Shown piece after piece: positions 1 through 8,688 of a stretch of DNA of 32,000 nt. The translations under genes were made by a program, and so were the position numbers. Numbering within the stretch: the first letter of the stretch is position 1; the number at the start of each line of letters is the position of its first letter. Origin of the DNA: an uncultured Nitrososphaerota archaeon (lineage in GTDB: Archaea > Korarchaeota > Korarchaeia > Korarchaeales > Korarchaeaceae); contig CAYZRF010000006.1 of the NCBI GenBank assembly GCA_964480775.1, positions 49,471-81,470 on the forward strand, read 5' to 3'. The notes under the pieces were generated by a model, which did not search any database, was not told the origin of the DNA, and saw only the letters and a program-made list of their open reading frames with translations.

Positions 1-1
1 A

Positions 2-532
2 GTGAACCTATCAATTAACAAATTAAAACCTAACAATTCACGGAGAATATCTAGATGGGAGATCTTTTCAAAGCTAAAGAGGAGGTGTAACCTTCTCTTG
101 AATTCCGAAAAGCTTCAGAAATTGCTTGACACGGAACTTGAAATATTAGCTGAAGACTTTCCTTTCGACAAAGAAAGAAAGGAGCTATTACCAATTGAGA
201 GAGAGATCTCAAAAATAGCTCGTTCTATCTGGGAAGAAACAAATAAAGAAGCCATAAATAAAGCTAGAACAAAGCTCCCTTTAAGGGATAAGAGGATATG
301 GGAAGAAATCAACGACAAGCTGTGTTCAGCAAGATGTATAGAACTCTTAAGCGACGAGCTTGAATTAACTGATGAGAGCAATTTTGAGCTATATTTACTT
401 TGGATGATAAACAGAAACGTCATAACAGACGGGTGGGAAGAAATTATTACTCACAGTACTTGGGCGGTAATGCCTCAAATGATTAAAGATTTCAAAAAAT
501 ACGAAAAAATAATAATATCCAGAAGAAGTTAA
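2..532 (+). CDS. hypothetical protein, probably 5'-truncated by the window edge
   Basis: Open frame from the first full codon to the stop at 530-532. Charged, helical-looking composition with no motif I recognise. The opposite-strand ORF 115..423 is a Ser/Leu-rich shadow. Confidence 0.4.
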   Translation: MNLSINKLKPNNSRRISRWEIFSKLKRRCNLLLNSEKLQKLLDTELEILAEDFPFDKERKELLPIEREISKIARSIWEETNKEAINKARTKLPLRDKRIWEEINDKLCSARCIELLSDELELTDESNFELYLLWMINRNVITDGWEEIITHSTWAVMPQMIKDFKKYEKIIISRRS

Positions 533-544
533 GCTTCTCTACCC

Positions 545-551
545 TTATATA
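545..551 (+). promoter_or_regulatory. TATA-box-like element (TTATATA) for cdc48, with the SD-like GGGAGG at 575-580
   Basis: TTATATA lies about 40 nt upstream of the ATG at 587. GGGAGG lies 6 nt upstream of that ATG. Confidence 0.4.
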
Positions 552-586
552 CCTGAGACAGTATTACCTTAAGTGGGAGGACTCTA

Positions 587-2794
587 ATGGTGGACATTGA
601 TAAAAAGAAGGATGCCACGCTAATAGTAGCTGATGTACTCAGCCAAACAGATTTCGGGAGAGGAATAGTCAAGATAGATCCAGAGGTAATGAAAGATCTT
701 GGAATAATGTCTGGAGATGTTATCAGGATCTTTGGATCTAGAGTTACTCATGCTAGAGTAATGCCTTCCTCTCCAACAGATGTTGGAAGCAAGAGAATCA
801 GGATGGACAAGATAATAAGAGGAAATTCCAAGGTTAGAACGGGAGAGAAAGTTAGAATTCGTCCCGTTGAGGCGATAAGAGCAAAAAGAGTCGTTCTAGC
901 CCCTCAAGATCAGAGAATAAGGGTTGGACCAGATTTTGGCGGTTGGGTCCATAGAAGGCTCCTCGATCAAATAGTTACTCAGGGTGATGTGGTCCTAATT
1001 CCTTTAGTTGGTAGATTTATTCCGCTAGTAGTTGTGCTTGTATCTCCAAGAAGTTATGGTAAGGTAACTGAGCTAACTAAAATTGAAGTTAGGGAAACTC
1101 CAGCCCCCCCAACCTTAGTTAGAGTTCCTAGCGTTACTTACGAGGATATAGGAGGGATAGAAGAGGAAATTCAGAGGATCAGAGAAATGGTAGAGCTTCC
1201 TCTTAAACATCCGGAGCTATTCAGACATCTCGGAATTGAACCTCCAAAAGGAGTACTCCTTTATGGGCCTCCTGGCTGTGGTAAAACTCTCCTAGCTAAA
1301 GCAGTGGCAAACGAGAGCGGAGCAAATTTCATTTCTATAAATGGACCTGAGATAATGAGTAAGTACTACGGCGAAAGTGAAAAAAGGCTGAGAATGATAT
1401 TCGAAAGGGCCCAAAGAGAGGCACCAACAATAATATTCATAGACGAAATCGACTCTATAGCTCCAAACAGAAATGAAGTTACGGGAGAGGTTGAGAGAAG
1501 AGTAGTTTCACAGTTGTTGTCACTTATGGATGGGCTGGAGGCTCGTGGTGACGTTATAGTTATAGGAGCTACAAACAGACCTGAAGCTTTAGATCCTGCT
1601 CTGAGAAGACCTGGAAGGTTTGATAGAGAGATAGAAATAGGTGTTCCTGATAAAAATGGCAGGAAAGAAATACTGATGATTCACACACGAAATGTTCCAC
1701 TAGCAGAAGATGTAGATCTTGAGGAGTTAGCAGAAATAACATATGGCTTTGTAGGGGCTGATTTGGCTGCCTTAGTACGAGAAGCCGCCATGGCTGCCTT
1801 AAGAAGGGTCCTCCCGCAGATAGACCTTGAGTCTGAGACAATACCACTAGAGATTTTGGAGCAGCTCATTGTTAAGAGGTCAGACTTTCAGGAAGCTCTT
1901 AAGCTGATACAACCTTCTGCCATGAGGGAGATTTACATAGAAATTCCAAATGTAAAGTGGGATGACATAGGAGACTTAGAACAGGTTAAGAGAGAATTAA
2001 TTGACCTGATAGAAATGCCCTTAAAACATCCTAAAACCTTTGAGAAAATTGGAATCGATCCACCAAAAGGTATACTCCTTTATGGGCCTCCTGGCTGTGG
2101 TAAAACTCTCCTAGCGAAAGCAATTGCCAATGAGAGCGAGGCAAACTTCATCTCGATAAAGGGACCTGAACTTTTAAGTAAATGGGTTGGAGAAAGTGAA
2201 AAAGCCGTTAGAAAGGTCTTTAGAAAAGCCAGACAAGTTGCTCCAGCAATAATATTCATAGACGAAATCGACTCCCTATTTCCACGTAGAGGGACCGGAT
2301 ATGCTGATTCAGGAGTTACAGAGAGAGTTGTAAGCCAAATGCTGACAGAAATGGACGGAATCCAAAGTTTAAAGGATGTAGTTGTTATAGGAGCTACAAA
2401 CAGACCCGATCTCATCGATCCTGCTCTGTTGAGGCCTGGAAGATTGGAACGTCTCGTTTATGTGCCGCCTCCTGATAAGTATGGAAGATTGAAGATTCTA
2501 AAAGTTCTAACTAAGAAAATGCCCATGGCTAAGGATGTAAATCTAGAGAGCATTGCCGAAAGGACAGAAAACTACAGTGGAGCAGACTTAGCAGCTATTG
2601 TAAGAGAAGCAGGCCTTAGTGCCATAAGAGAGGATAATAACGCCAAAATAGTTTATATGAGGCACTTCGAAGAGGCCCTATCAAAGATACAACCCAGTCT
2701 AACCGAGGAACTCATCAAGCATTATGAGAGCTTCACTTCTTGGGTAAGATCGCCAAGGAAAGTAGAGGTTACTAAAGAGGCATACGTTTTTTAA
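587..2794 (+). CDS. cdc48: Cdc48/VCP-like AAA+ ATPase (N-domain plus D1 and D2 AAA modules)
   Basis: Two Walker A motifs GPPGCGKT(L), two Walker B motifs IIFIDEID and two GATNRP second-region-of-homology motifs. There is a Cdc48-type N-domain, and the 735-aa length is typical. Confidence 0.97.
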   Translation: MVDIDKKKDATLIVADVLSQTDFGRGIVKIDPEVMKDLGIMSGDVIRIFGSRVTHARVMPSSPTDVGSKRIRMDKIIRGNSKVRTGEKVRIRPVEAIRAKRVVLAPQDQRIRVGPDFGGWVHRRLLDQIVTQGDVVLIPLVGRFIPLVVVLVSPRSYGKVTELTKIEVRETPAPPTLVRVPSVTYEDIGGIEEEIQRIREMVELPLKHPELFRHLGIEPPKGVLLYGPPGCGKTLLAKAVANESGANFISINGPEIMSKYYGESEKRLRMIFERAQREAPTIIFIDEIDSIAPNRNEVTGEVERRVVSQLLSLMDGLEARGDVIVIGATNRPEALDPALRRPGRFDREIEIGVPDKNGRKEILMIHTRNVPLAEDVDLEELAEITYGFVGADLAALVREAAMAALRRVLPQIDLESETIPLEILEQLIVKRSDFQEALKLIQPSAMREIYIEIPNVKWDDIGDLEQVKRELIDLIEMPLKHPKTFEKIGIDPPKGILLYGPPGCGKTLLAKAIANESEANFISIKGPELLSKWVGESEKAVRKVFRKARQVAPAIIFIDEIDSLFPRRGTGYADSGVTERVVSQMLTEMDGIQSLKDVVVIGATNRPDLIDPALLRPGRLERLVYVPPPDKYGRLKILKVLTKKMPMAKDVNLESIAERTENYSGADLAAIVREAGLSAIREDNNAKIVYMRHFEEALSKIQPSLTEELIKHYESFTSWVRSPRKVEVTKEAYVF
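1254..1296 (+). repeat. 43-nt block identical to 2073-2115 (D1 versus D2 Walker A region of cdc48)
   Basis: tactcctttatgggcctcctggctgtggtaaaactctcctagc occurs at both positions, read directly from the sequence. Confidence 0.95.
2073..2115 (+). repeat. 43-nt block identical to 1254-1296 (D2 copy)
   Basis: Same 43-mer as at 1254-1296. Further identical blocks are 1428-1455 = 2247-2274 (28 nt) and 1559-1581 = 2384-2406 (23 nt). Confidence 0.95.
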
Positions 2795-2823
2795 GCTAAA
2801 GATATTACAACAATTTCTTGCTT

Positions 2824-2899
2824 GGCGGGGTAGCTCAGTAGGTAGAGCGTCCGGCTGTTAACCGGAAGGTCATGGGTTCGAATCCCATCCCCGCCGCCA
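2824..2899 (+). tRNA. tRNA-Asn (anticodon GTT), CCA encoded
   Basis: Hand-folded cloverleaf. Acceptor GGCGGGG/CCCCGCC, D-stem GCTC/GAGC, anticodon stem TCCGG/CCGGA with loop CTGTTAA, T-arm ATGGG-TTCGAAT-CCCAT, discriminator G, then CCA. A T-rich tract follows. Confidence 0.95.
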
Positions 2900-3038
2900 T
2901 ATTCTTTATTTTTCTCATTATTAAGCAATTGATTATTATATGTTTGGTCTGAGAACGACCGATTTTGGCGATAAAGACAATTGTGAGGTGATTTTCAACG
3001 AAATCTTAATTGCAACTCGCGAGTCTAAGAAAGCCCCA

Positions 3039-4871
3039 TTATATGGCTCCTACAAACCTAGGACGTTTACTTAGACGATATGGCTCATTTAGGGGTCTGT
3101 ATGGCATTCCTTCACATTCTTTTTTGATTTCATCCTTCAATGCATCAATTGTTGAGAAGTACTCAGCTCCATCACGCCTCCTCCTGATTGTTATACCCTC
3201 TTTTTCTAATTCTTTCTCTCCTACGAAAACCAAATACGGAATCCATCTCCTTTCTGCTTCTCTCACCTTTTTTGCCAAGCTTAGGTCTCTATCATCTAAA
3301 TCTGCTCTGATTTTATCTTTTATCAGATGTTGTATTATTTTTTCTGAATATACTAAAGTTCTTTCAGTTATTGGGAATACTCTCACCTGAACTGGAGCTA
3401 ACCACAGCGGAAGCATGGGTTTGGCACCCTTATCCTCTAATTTAGCCGCTTGTTCAAGTATTGCATAGATCATCCTTTCTATGCTTCCCATAGAAGTATG
3501 AATGATTATACCTGGTTTTTTCTCTCCCTTCTCGGCTACATAGTAAATGCCATATCTCGCTGAGTCCTCTACATCCAGCTGAACTGTGCTTATCTGTCCC
3601 GTTCCTTCTGACTTATCAATGAACTGAAATTCATGTTTCATTGCCCAGTAGTGTTTCATTTTGGGCAAAATTTCAATCAAAGCTGGCTTGTTTACATGTC
3701 TTAACATTTCCAAGATGTGGGGCTTAAATTGCTTGTAGTACTCTTTCACTACTCTAAAAGCTACGACATAATCAATCTTCAACTTCTTAAGAAGTTCGTC
3801 ATACTCTCTAAAATAGAGCTTGTATACATCGAGTGCTTGGTCTATGTCGGCTGCAAACGTATGAATGTCAGGCATAGTAAAGCCCCTGAGTCGCCTAAGT
3901 CCAACACACTCTCCCCTTTGTTCCAGTCTGAAAGAGGGCGAGATCTCATAGAAGCTTATGGGTAGATGTCTTTTTGAGATCGTCATGTTTTTCATCATCT
4001 GGAATAAGCCGAAGTCGCCTGCAAACCTTAAAGTAAAGGGTACCTTGTCGATTTCAAATCGATACCCTCTCTCTCTAAACTTTTCTGCCTGCTCTGCTAT
4101 AGCTGGAACTGTTAGCCTGTATATCAGTGGGGTTTCGATCTCCATAGCCCCTATCTTATTTGCTATCTGGAAGGCAAGCTCCTCTATTAGTCTTTTTATC
4201 AGGGTTCCTTCTGGATAGAACCTGAAATGTCCAACATCAGAGGCAGGTTCGTAATCAACTAACTCCAGTCTTTTCATCAACTCTATGTGCACAGGACTTT
4301 CTCCAGAAGGGGGTTTTCCAAAAACCTCGTTTCGAACGAAGATTCGGAGATCTTCGTCCTCAATCTGCTCCAAGCTGATTAACTTAGCTTCCATTCCAGA
4401 AGGGTACAGGATAATGAACTCGCTGGGTTCTCCTTTCTCTTCTTTTTCCTCAACCCGCTTCACTCCCTTTATTACTCTCAAAGACTCCGCCAATGGATGG
4501 CCCTTTACCTTAATTTCAAATGCCTTGTACCACCCTATTGGGACTTTGTGAACCTCAAATTCGGCCATTCGTAAAGTATCTACAAATAATTCATGTAATT
4601 CTCTTGCCTTTGAGAAAGGAGCTGGTTTCTCTGTTAGATGTACCCATGGATAGACCACTAATCTATTCACACCCAGCCTATCGGCTACTGTTCTCACTTC
4701 TTCCACAGCAGCCCCAATGCTCGAGGGATCATCATCCCTCTCATATGATGTAAACAGCACTAAGGCTTCCTCTATGGAAAAACTCTTTTGTTCGACGTCT
4801 TCTGCCTCTTTAACGGCTTTATCTTTGACTTCATAACTTAATCTATCGGAATGCAAGCAATAGATCCTCAA
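3039..4871 (-). CDS. thrS: threonyl-tRNA synthetase, full length with the archaeal N-terminal editing domain
   Basis: N-terminus MRIYCLHSDRLSYEVKDKA matches the archaeal ThrRS editing-domain start as I recall it. Class II catalytic core and C-terminal anticodon-binding domain are present. The TTG start overlaps the mvk stop (TTGA at 4868-4871). Confidence 0.95.
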   Translation of the reverse strand: MRIYCLHSDRLSYEVKDKAVKEAEDVEQKSFSIEEALVLFTSYERDDDPSSIGAAVEEVRTVADRLGVNRLVVYPWVHLTEKPAPFSKARELHELFVDTLRMAEFEVHKVPIGWYKAFEIKVKGHPLAESLRVIKGVKRVEEKEEKGEPSEFIILYPSGMEAKLISLEQIEDEDLRIFVRNEVFGKPPSGESPVHIELMKRLELVDYEPASDVGHFRFYPEGTLIKRLIEELAFQIANKIGAMEIETPLIYRLTVPAIAEQAEKFRERGYRFEIDKVPFTLRFAGDFGLFQMMKNMTISKRHLPISFYEISPSFRLEQRGECVGLRRLRGFTMPDIHTFAADIDQALDVYKLYFREYDELLKKLKIDYVVAFRVVKEYYKQFKPHILEMLRHVNKPALIEILPKMKHYWAMKHEFQFIDKSEGTGQISTVQLDVEDSARYGIYYVAEKGEKKPGIIIHTSMGSIERMIYAILEQAAKLEDKGAKPMLPLWLAPVQVRVFPITERTLVYSEKIIQHLIKDKIRADLDDRDLSLAKKVREAERRWIPYLVFVGEKELEKEGITIRRRRDGAEYFSTIDALKDEIKKECEGMPYRPLNEPYRLSKRPRFVGAI

Positions 4872-5860
4872 ATTGATCCCTCGACATGTTCTATCCTTGC
4901 CCCTTCCCTGGCAACAGGGATCTTAAAAGCCTCAAGTCCTTCGCTTTTAAGTTTAGACACTAAAGTATCGGGATTGGGTGCAATTGCAACTATGCATCCA
5001 CCACCTCCTCCGCCAGAAAGTTTCGCTCCAAAAGCTCCTTTAACTCTAGCTAGCCAAGCTATGCGATCCAATTCCGGAGTTGAAACGCCAAGCGCCGATA
5101 AAAGCCAATGATTGAAATCCATCAAAGCACCTAGACTCTCTAAGTCTCTCCTAAGGATCGCTTCCTTCCCATCGATTGTTATTGTAGCTATCATATCTAG
5201 AATCCCATCCACAATCCGACCGTACCTTAATCTAAGTTTTGAAACCTTTTCTATCATTTTCTTTGTTTTAGTTGATTCTTTACTGCATATCATGACAAGA
5301 GGGAGGCTTTCTCTGAATTCAGTCCGCGATGCCCTCATTTCACCATTAATCCACTCAACCCAAACAAGTCCTCCATATACTGCGCAAGCAGGCCCAGTTT
5401 TACTGGCTTTTCCGTGTATTATCCTTTCAAATTCATAGACTGCCTCAAGTAAAGCATCTCCCTGTAATTCACAGCCTAAGAGATGCGAAACCGCCTTTGA
5501 GATAGCTGCACCAACACTTGCTGAGCTAGCCATACCGCTTCCAATGGGAACAAGAGAATCTATTCGTATTTCCAAGCCCTTGCTTTTATCTAACAAATCA
5601 AAAAGTTTGGCGACTCCCAGAGCTATGGGTTTTAGATCAGGATTACCCTCTCCTCTGATAGCATCGCCAGAAATGATTCCTCTAAATGGCTTAGCGTAAG
5701 CCGATGATGTTATCAAAATCTCCTTTTCTTTACCCTCTTGGACGGTGGCCTTAGCTCTGCGATCCACGCCAGCCGCAAGAGCAGGTTTTCCGTATAGAAC
5801 AGCGTGTTCTCCAAATAAAAAGGCTTGGGAAGGGGCTGAGGCTTCTACCTTCGTTCTCAT
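4868..5860 (-). CDS. mvk: mevalonate kinase (GHMP kinase family)
   Basis: APSQAFLFGEHAVLYGKPA N-terminal motif, GHMP motif PIGSGMASSASV, and C-terminal KLSGGGGGGC. I prefer the ATG at 5860, preceded by AGGGTGG. The ORF track starts at the GTG at 5869. Confidence 0.9.
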   Translation of the reverse strand: MRTKVEASAPSQAFLFGEHAVLYGKPALAAGVDRRAKATVQEGKEKEILITSSAYAKPFRGIISGDAIRGEGNPDLKPIALGVAKLFDLLDKSKGLEIRIDSLVPIGSGMASSASVGAAISKAVSHLLGCELQGDALLEAVYEFERIIHGKASKTGPACAVYGGLVWVEWINGEMRASRTEFRESLPLVMICSKESTKTKKMIEKVSKLRLRYGRIVDGILDMIATITIDGKEAILRRDLESLGALMDFNHWLLSALGVSTPELDRIAWLARVKGAFGAKLSGGGGGGCIVAIAPNPDTLVSKLKSEGLEAFKIPVAREGARIEHVEGSI

Positions 5861-5872
5861 CGGATCCACCCT

Positions 5873-6778
5873 TTATTCCTCAAAAGTCCTAGGTCCATCC
5901 TTTCTGATAAAGTAAGAGATCATTTTAGCAACTTTCCTAATTTCTGCTTGGGCTGAAGGGTCAAGCCTCAAGTCAAGAAAATGATTCCAAGCCCTTTTTC
6001 TCCCGCTTACAAAGACTCGAGTGGATGTGGCTTGGGTCAACACATACCGCGCATCCTCCTTTTTCACACCCATTCCAACTAACTTTTCGTATAAGCCAAA
6101 AGAATCCTTAACACCCTTTATCATGAGATTAATCAAGCTATCGTTCAAGTTTTTGGGAAGATAAAAGTCGCCTGGCTTGACATGTCTCTGGCTCTGTTGA
6201 GTAAAGCTGAGGGTTCTGTGTCTGACAAACTGATGGCTACAAACCCTACTTATTCCTTCAACTACAAATGAAAAGAAGGCATGTTTTTCGTTTGGATAAT
6301 CCGACTGGATCACTGGATAGACACATATGCCATCTTGCTCAACCCCTTCACCCAGGCTAATCGTTAGATCTAGCTGCCTCTCTGGCTTTAACCTCAAAAT
6401 CGATGCAAGTACTGGAAAATTCGTTATGCTCCTTACGGCTAGATCTCTTAGGAACTTATTCTCTGATTGCATCATTTCTAAGGCTGTCCTTAGATTAAAG
6501 GAAGCAACAGCCTCATTTTCTCCGCTTAATTCTACGTATTTGAATTCAAAAAAGATTTTCTTCAACTCATTCAAATCTTCCTTCAGATACACCCTAACGA
6601 AAGAGTGTTCGAAGACAGAGAGATGCCCCAAGGTAAACAAGCTCTTTATCAGCCTTCTAACAAGAGCAAGATTTTCTAATTCTTCAACGAGTTCCTCCAA
6701 GCTCTTGGAACTTCTTGAGATTCGGGCAGCAATGTAAATTACAGCATCTGAACCAATTGCTTCTATTCTTTCATACAT
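5873..6778 (-). CDS. thyX: FAD-dependent thymidylate synthase ThyX, with an internal insertion
   Basis: ThyX signature RHRTLSFTQQSQR (nt 6185-6223). I prefer the ATG at 6778, with GAGGAGTGA upstream. The track start is the GTG at 6790. Either start overlaps the dcd stop. Confidence 0.85.
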   Translation of the reverse strand: MYERIEAIGSDAVIYIAARISRSSKSLEELVEELENLALVRRLIKSLFTLGHLSVFEHSFVRVYLKEDLNELKKIFFEFKYVELSGENEAVASFNLRTALEMMQSENKFLRDLAVRSITNFPVLASILRLKPERQLDLTISLGEGVEQDGICVYPVIQSDYPNEKHAFFSFVVEGISRVCSHQFVRHRTLSFTQQSQRHVKPGDFYLPKNLNDSLINLMIKGVKDSFGLYEKLVGMGVKKEDARYVLTQATSTRVFVSGRKRAWNHFLDLRLDPSAQAEIRKVAKMISYFIRKDGPRTFEE

Positions 6779-7316
6779 GTTTAAGCTCACTCCTCAAAGA
6801 CTTCGGTAATCTGATACCCTTCTGGCCTTGATAGGAGCCAGAATAAGGATGCAGAACGCCGCCAGGAATTTCAAAGAAAATGACATGTAAAAAGCGAATT
6901 CCTGGGTAGATCTTTACGGGATTTGCACCAGTCCAAAAAACCTCTATCGTAAGTTGCCCCTTAAACCCAGCATCAATAACGGTTGGTGGTGCTATAAAAC
7001 CAAATCTTGCCAGAGTACTTCTTAATTCACAAAGAGCAGCTATATTTGAGGGAAGAGATATATATTCCTCAGTATGAAGGAGAAAAGCTGTTCTAGACCC
7101 TATTATAGCACCTTCCTTATTTAACCCCTTTACAGTAAAGGATCTCTCAACATCTGGATCAGCCAAGTCCAAGATCCCGCCTTCATTCTTATGAAAGCCA
7201 ATTTCCCGCCCTATCCTCAAATCCACACCATTTTGTTGAACGGTATCTTCTCTAAGAGGATCTATAATTAGGTCTCCAGAAGCGATTAGCTCTCGTATCC
7301 TTTTATCGCTTAACAT
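6771..7316 (-). CDS. dcd: dCTP deaminase (possibly bifunctional dCTP deaminase/dUTPase)
   Basis: MLSDKRIRELIASGDLIIDP...NGVDLRIG is a typical Dcd N-terminus. Alternative starts are the ATG at 7322 and the GTG at 7325. Confidence 0.9.
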   Translation of the reverse strand: MLSDKRIRELIASGDLIIDPLREDTVQQNGVDLRIGREIGFHKNEGGILDLADPDVERSFTVKGLNKEGAIIGSRTAFLLHTEEYISLPSNIAALCELRSTLARFGFIAPPTVIDAGFKGQLTIEVFWTGANPVKIYPGIRFLHVIFFEIPGGVLHPYSGSYQGQKGIRLPKSLRSELKHV

Positions 7317-7461
7317 TGACATCACTCTCTATCAAAGGTACATTTTCATTCTTGCGATATAAGCGGGATACACTCAAGGTTATTAAGAAAATTCCTCCCA
7401 TCGCGTCACCTCTGTCTTAATTCAGAAAGATTTTAGGGAGCATAGCAATCCTATAATCAAG

Positions 7462-8292
7462 TTGAAAGTAAGGCCCGCAAGAAAAGGCGATTTCGAAACG
7501 ATTGTTGAAATGAGATTGGCTGGTCCTCCCTTCATCAAAGCTGGATCAAAGAGCTTTGAGAAATATCTACAAATTATAAGGAGCACAGGGGGAGAAATCC
7601 TGATTGCAGAAGAAGAAGGAGAAATTCTAGGTGAAGCAGAGTTAATTCCACAACCAGATCTCAGTGTAGCTGGTCCACATGTTTTCTTACAGAATCTATC
7701 ATCAGTGGACAATGATAGATCAATAAGGCGGGAACTTCTTCGCACATGTAAGAAGCTAACTAAGTCTTGGGGATTTTCTTTTTTGGATCACATCCCTTTT
7801 ACAGAAGAATTAGATGACCTAGAACGGCTTGGATTTACGACCACAAGGGCCAATCAAGTTCTCCTTAAAACAGAACCAAAAAGGATCTCTAACTTAGCTA
7901 AAATTATAGAAGAGGTTCCACAGACATATCCGAAGAGCCTAGCCTTGCTTTCGGGAGAAATAAGGCCAGGAAAACTAGCATGGGCCTTGACATTTCAAGA
8001 AGGACTATCAGTTAAAAATAGGGCGATAAAGATAAGGGTTGGCAGATTTGAGTTCATCTCACTACTTTTTGGATTGAAAAAAGTAATTCACCTTTTCTTT
8101 TACGGGGTACCAGCCTCTGGTCCAGGAGAAATATTTAATGCTCTTGGAGCAACGTTAACTATCGCAGATTATTTGGAAACAACTGAACTAAGAACTCTCT
8201 CGTGGGAAAGATATCTTTGCCCCTTTGAATCCGCTGAATTTGAGGTAATAAAGGAAATACCACTCCTTAGGTTGAGAGTTGATGAAATTTAG
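7462..8292 (+). CDS. hypothetical protein with an N-terminal GNAT-like acetyltransferase segment
   Basis: MKVRPARKGDFETIVEM...ILIAEEEGEILGEAEL resembles the start of a GNAT fold. The C-terminal ~150 aa are unassigned. TTG start. Confidence 0.45.
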   Translation: MKVRPARKGDFETIVEMRLAGPPFIKAGSKSFEKYLQIIRSTGGEILIAEEEGEILGEAELIPQPDLSVAGPHVFLQNLSSVDNDRSIRRELLRTCKKLTKSWGFSFLDHIPFTEELDDLERLGFTTTRANQVLLKTEPKRISNLAKIIEEVPQTYPKSLALLSGEIRPGKLAWALTFQEGLSVKNRAIKIRVGRFEFISLLFGLKKVIHLFFYGVPASGPGEIFNALGATLTIADYLETTELRTLSWERYLCPFESAEFEVIKEIPLLRLRVDEI

Positions 8293-8669
8293 GGGTTGTT
8301 TCTTGAACCATACTTTTTAAGGTACATCTCAACCGGATCATAATGTAATCTCTCTTTAAGCATTCTTCTTCCTTCCTCTGTTAGGTCTAGGGGTGTCCAA
8401 GGAAGATCAAGAACAAGCTCGACGCTTACCTCTTTAGCCTCTTTTATCTCCTGTTCAACGCTCTTCTTAGCCATTCCAAGGATGAAGAAAGCCATAGGAC
8501 ACCCAGGGGTAGTCATTGTCATTTTTATTTTGATGATAGGCCCATCTAAGACCTCTATCTCGCGCACCAAACCTAGATCAACGATATTTATTCCTATTTC
8601 AGGATCTAATACTTTTTTGAGAGCAGATCTAACTCTTACCTCAAGATCTTCCAAGCAAGCCACCACCAA
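8289..8669 (-). CDS. DUF59/SufT-like Fe-S cluster assembly protein
   Basis: ALKKVLDPEIGINIVDLGLV...MTMTTPGCPM is the characteristic DUF59 (MIP18/PaaD-like) motif with the conserved Cys. The start is ambiguous (TTG 8669, GTG 8666 or 8663). Confidence 0.8.
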   Translation of the reverse strand: MVVACLEDLEVRVRSALKKVLDPEIGINIVDLGLVREIEVLDGPIIKIKMTMTTPGCPMAFFILGMAKKSVEQEIKEAKEVSVELVLDLPWTPLDLTEEGRRMLKERLHYDPVEMYLKKYGSRNNP

Positions 8670-8688
8670 ATCTTTCTATCCATTATAT

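Noticed and set aside
2777-2794. Cdc48 C-terminus (KEAYVF) as a proteasome-docking HbYX motif.
   Set aside because: The Tyr is at the antepenultimate rather than the penultimate position, so it is not a canonical hydrophobic-Tyr-X terminus. I cannot support the claim from sequence alone.
2929-2995. Box C/D-like strings downstream of tRNA-Asn (TTGATTA ... CTGA ... GTGAGGTGA).
   Set aside because: The boxes are degenerate. No terminal box D follows the second box at the required ~12-nt spacing, and there is no terminal stem. The strings are most likely chance matches in an AT-rich terminator/spacer region.
3010-4753. Plus-strand ORFs inside the thrS locus (3010..3390, 3717..3965, 3958..4218, 4285..4551, 4520..4753).
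   Set aside because: They are antisense shadows of a confidently identified ThrRS gene. Their Ser/Leu/Ile-rich, low-complexity translations carry no motifs, start signals or room for a promoter.
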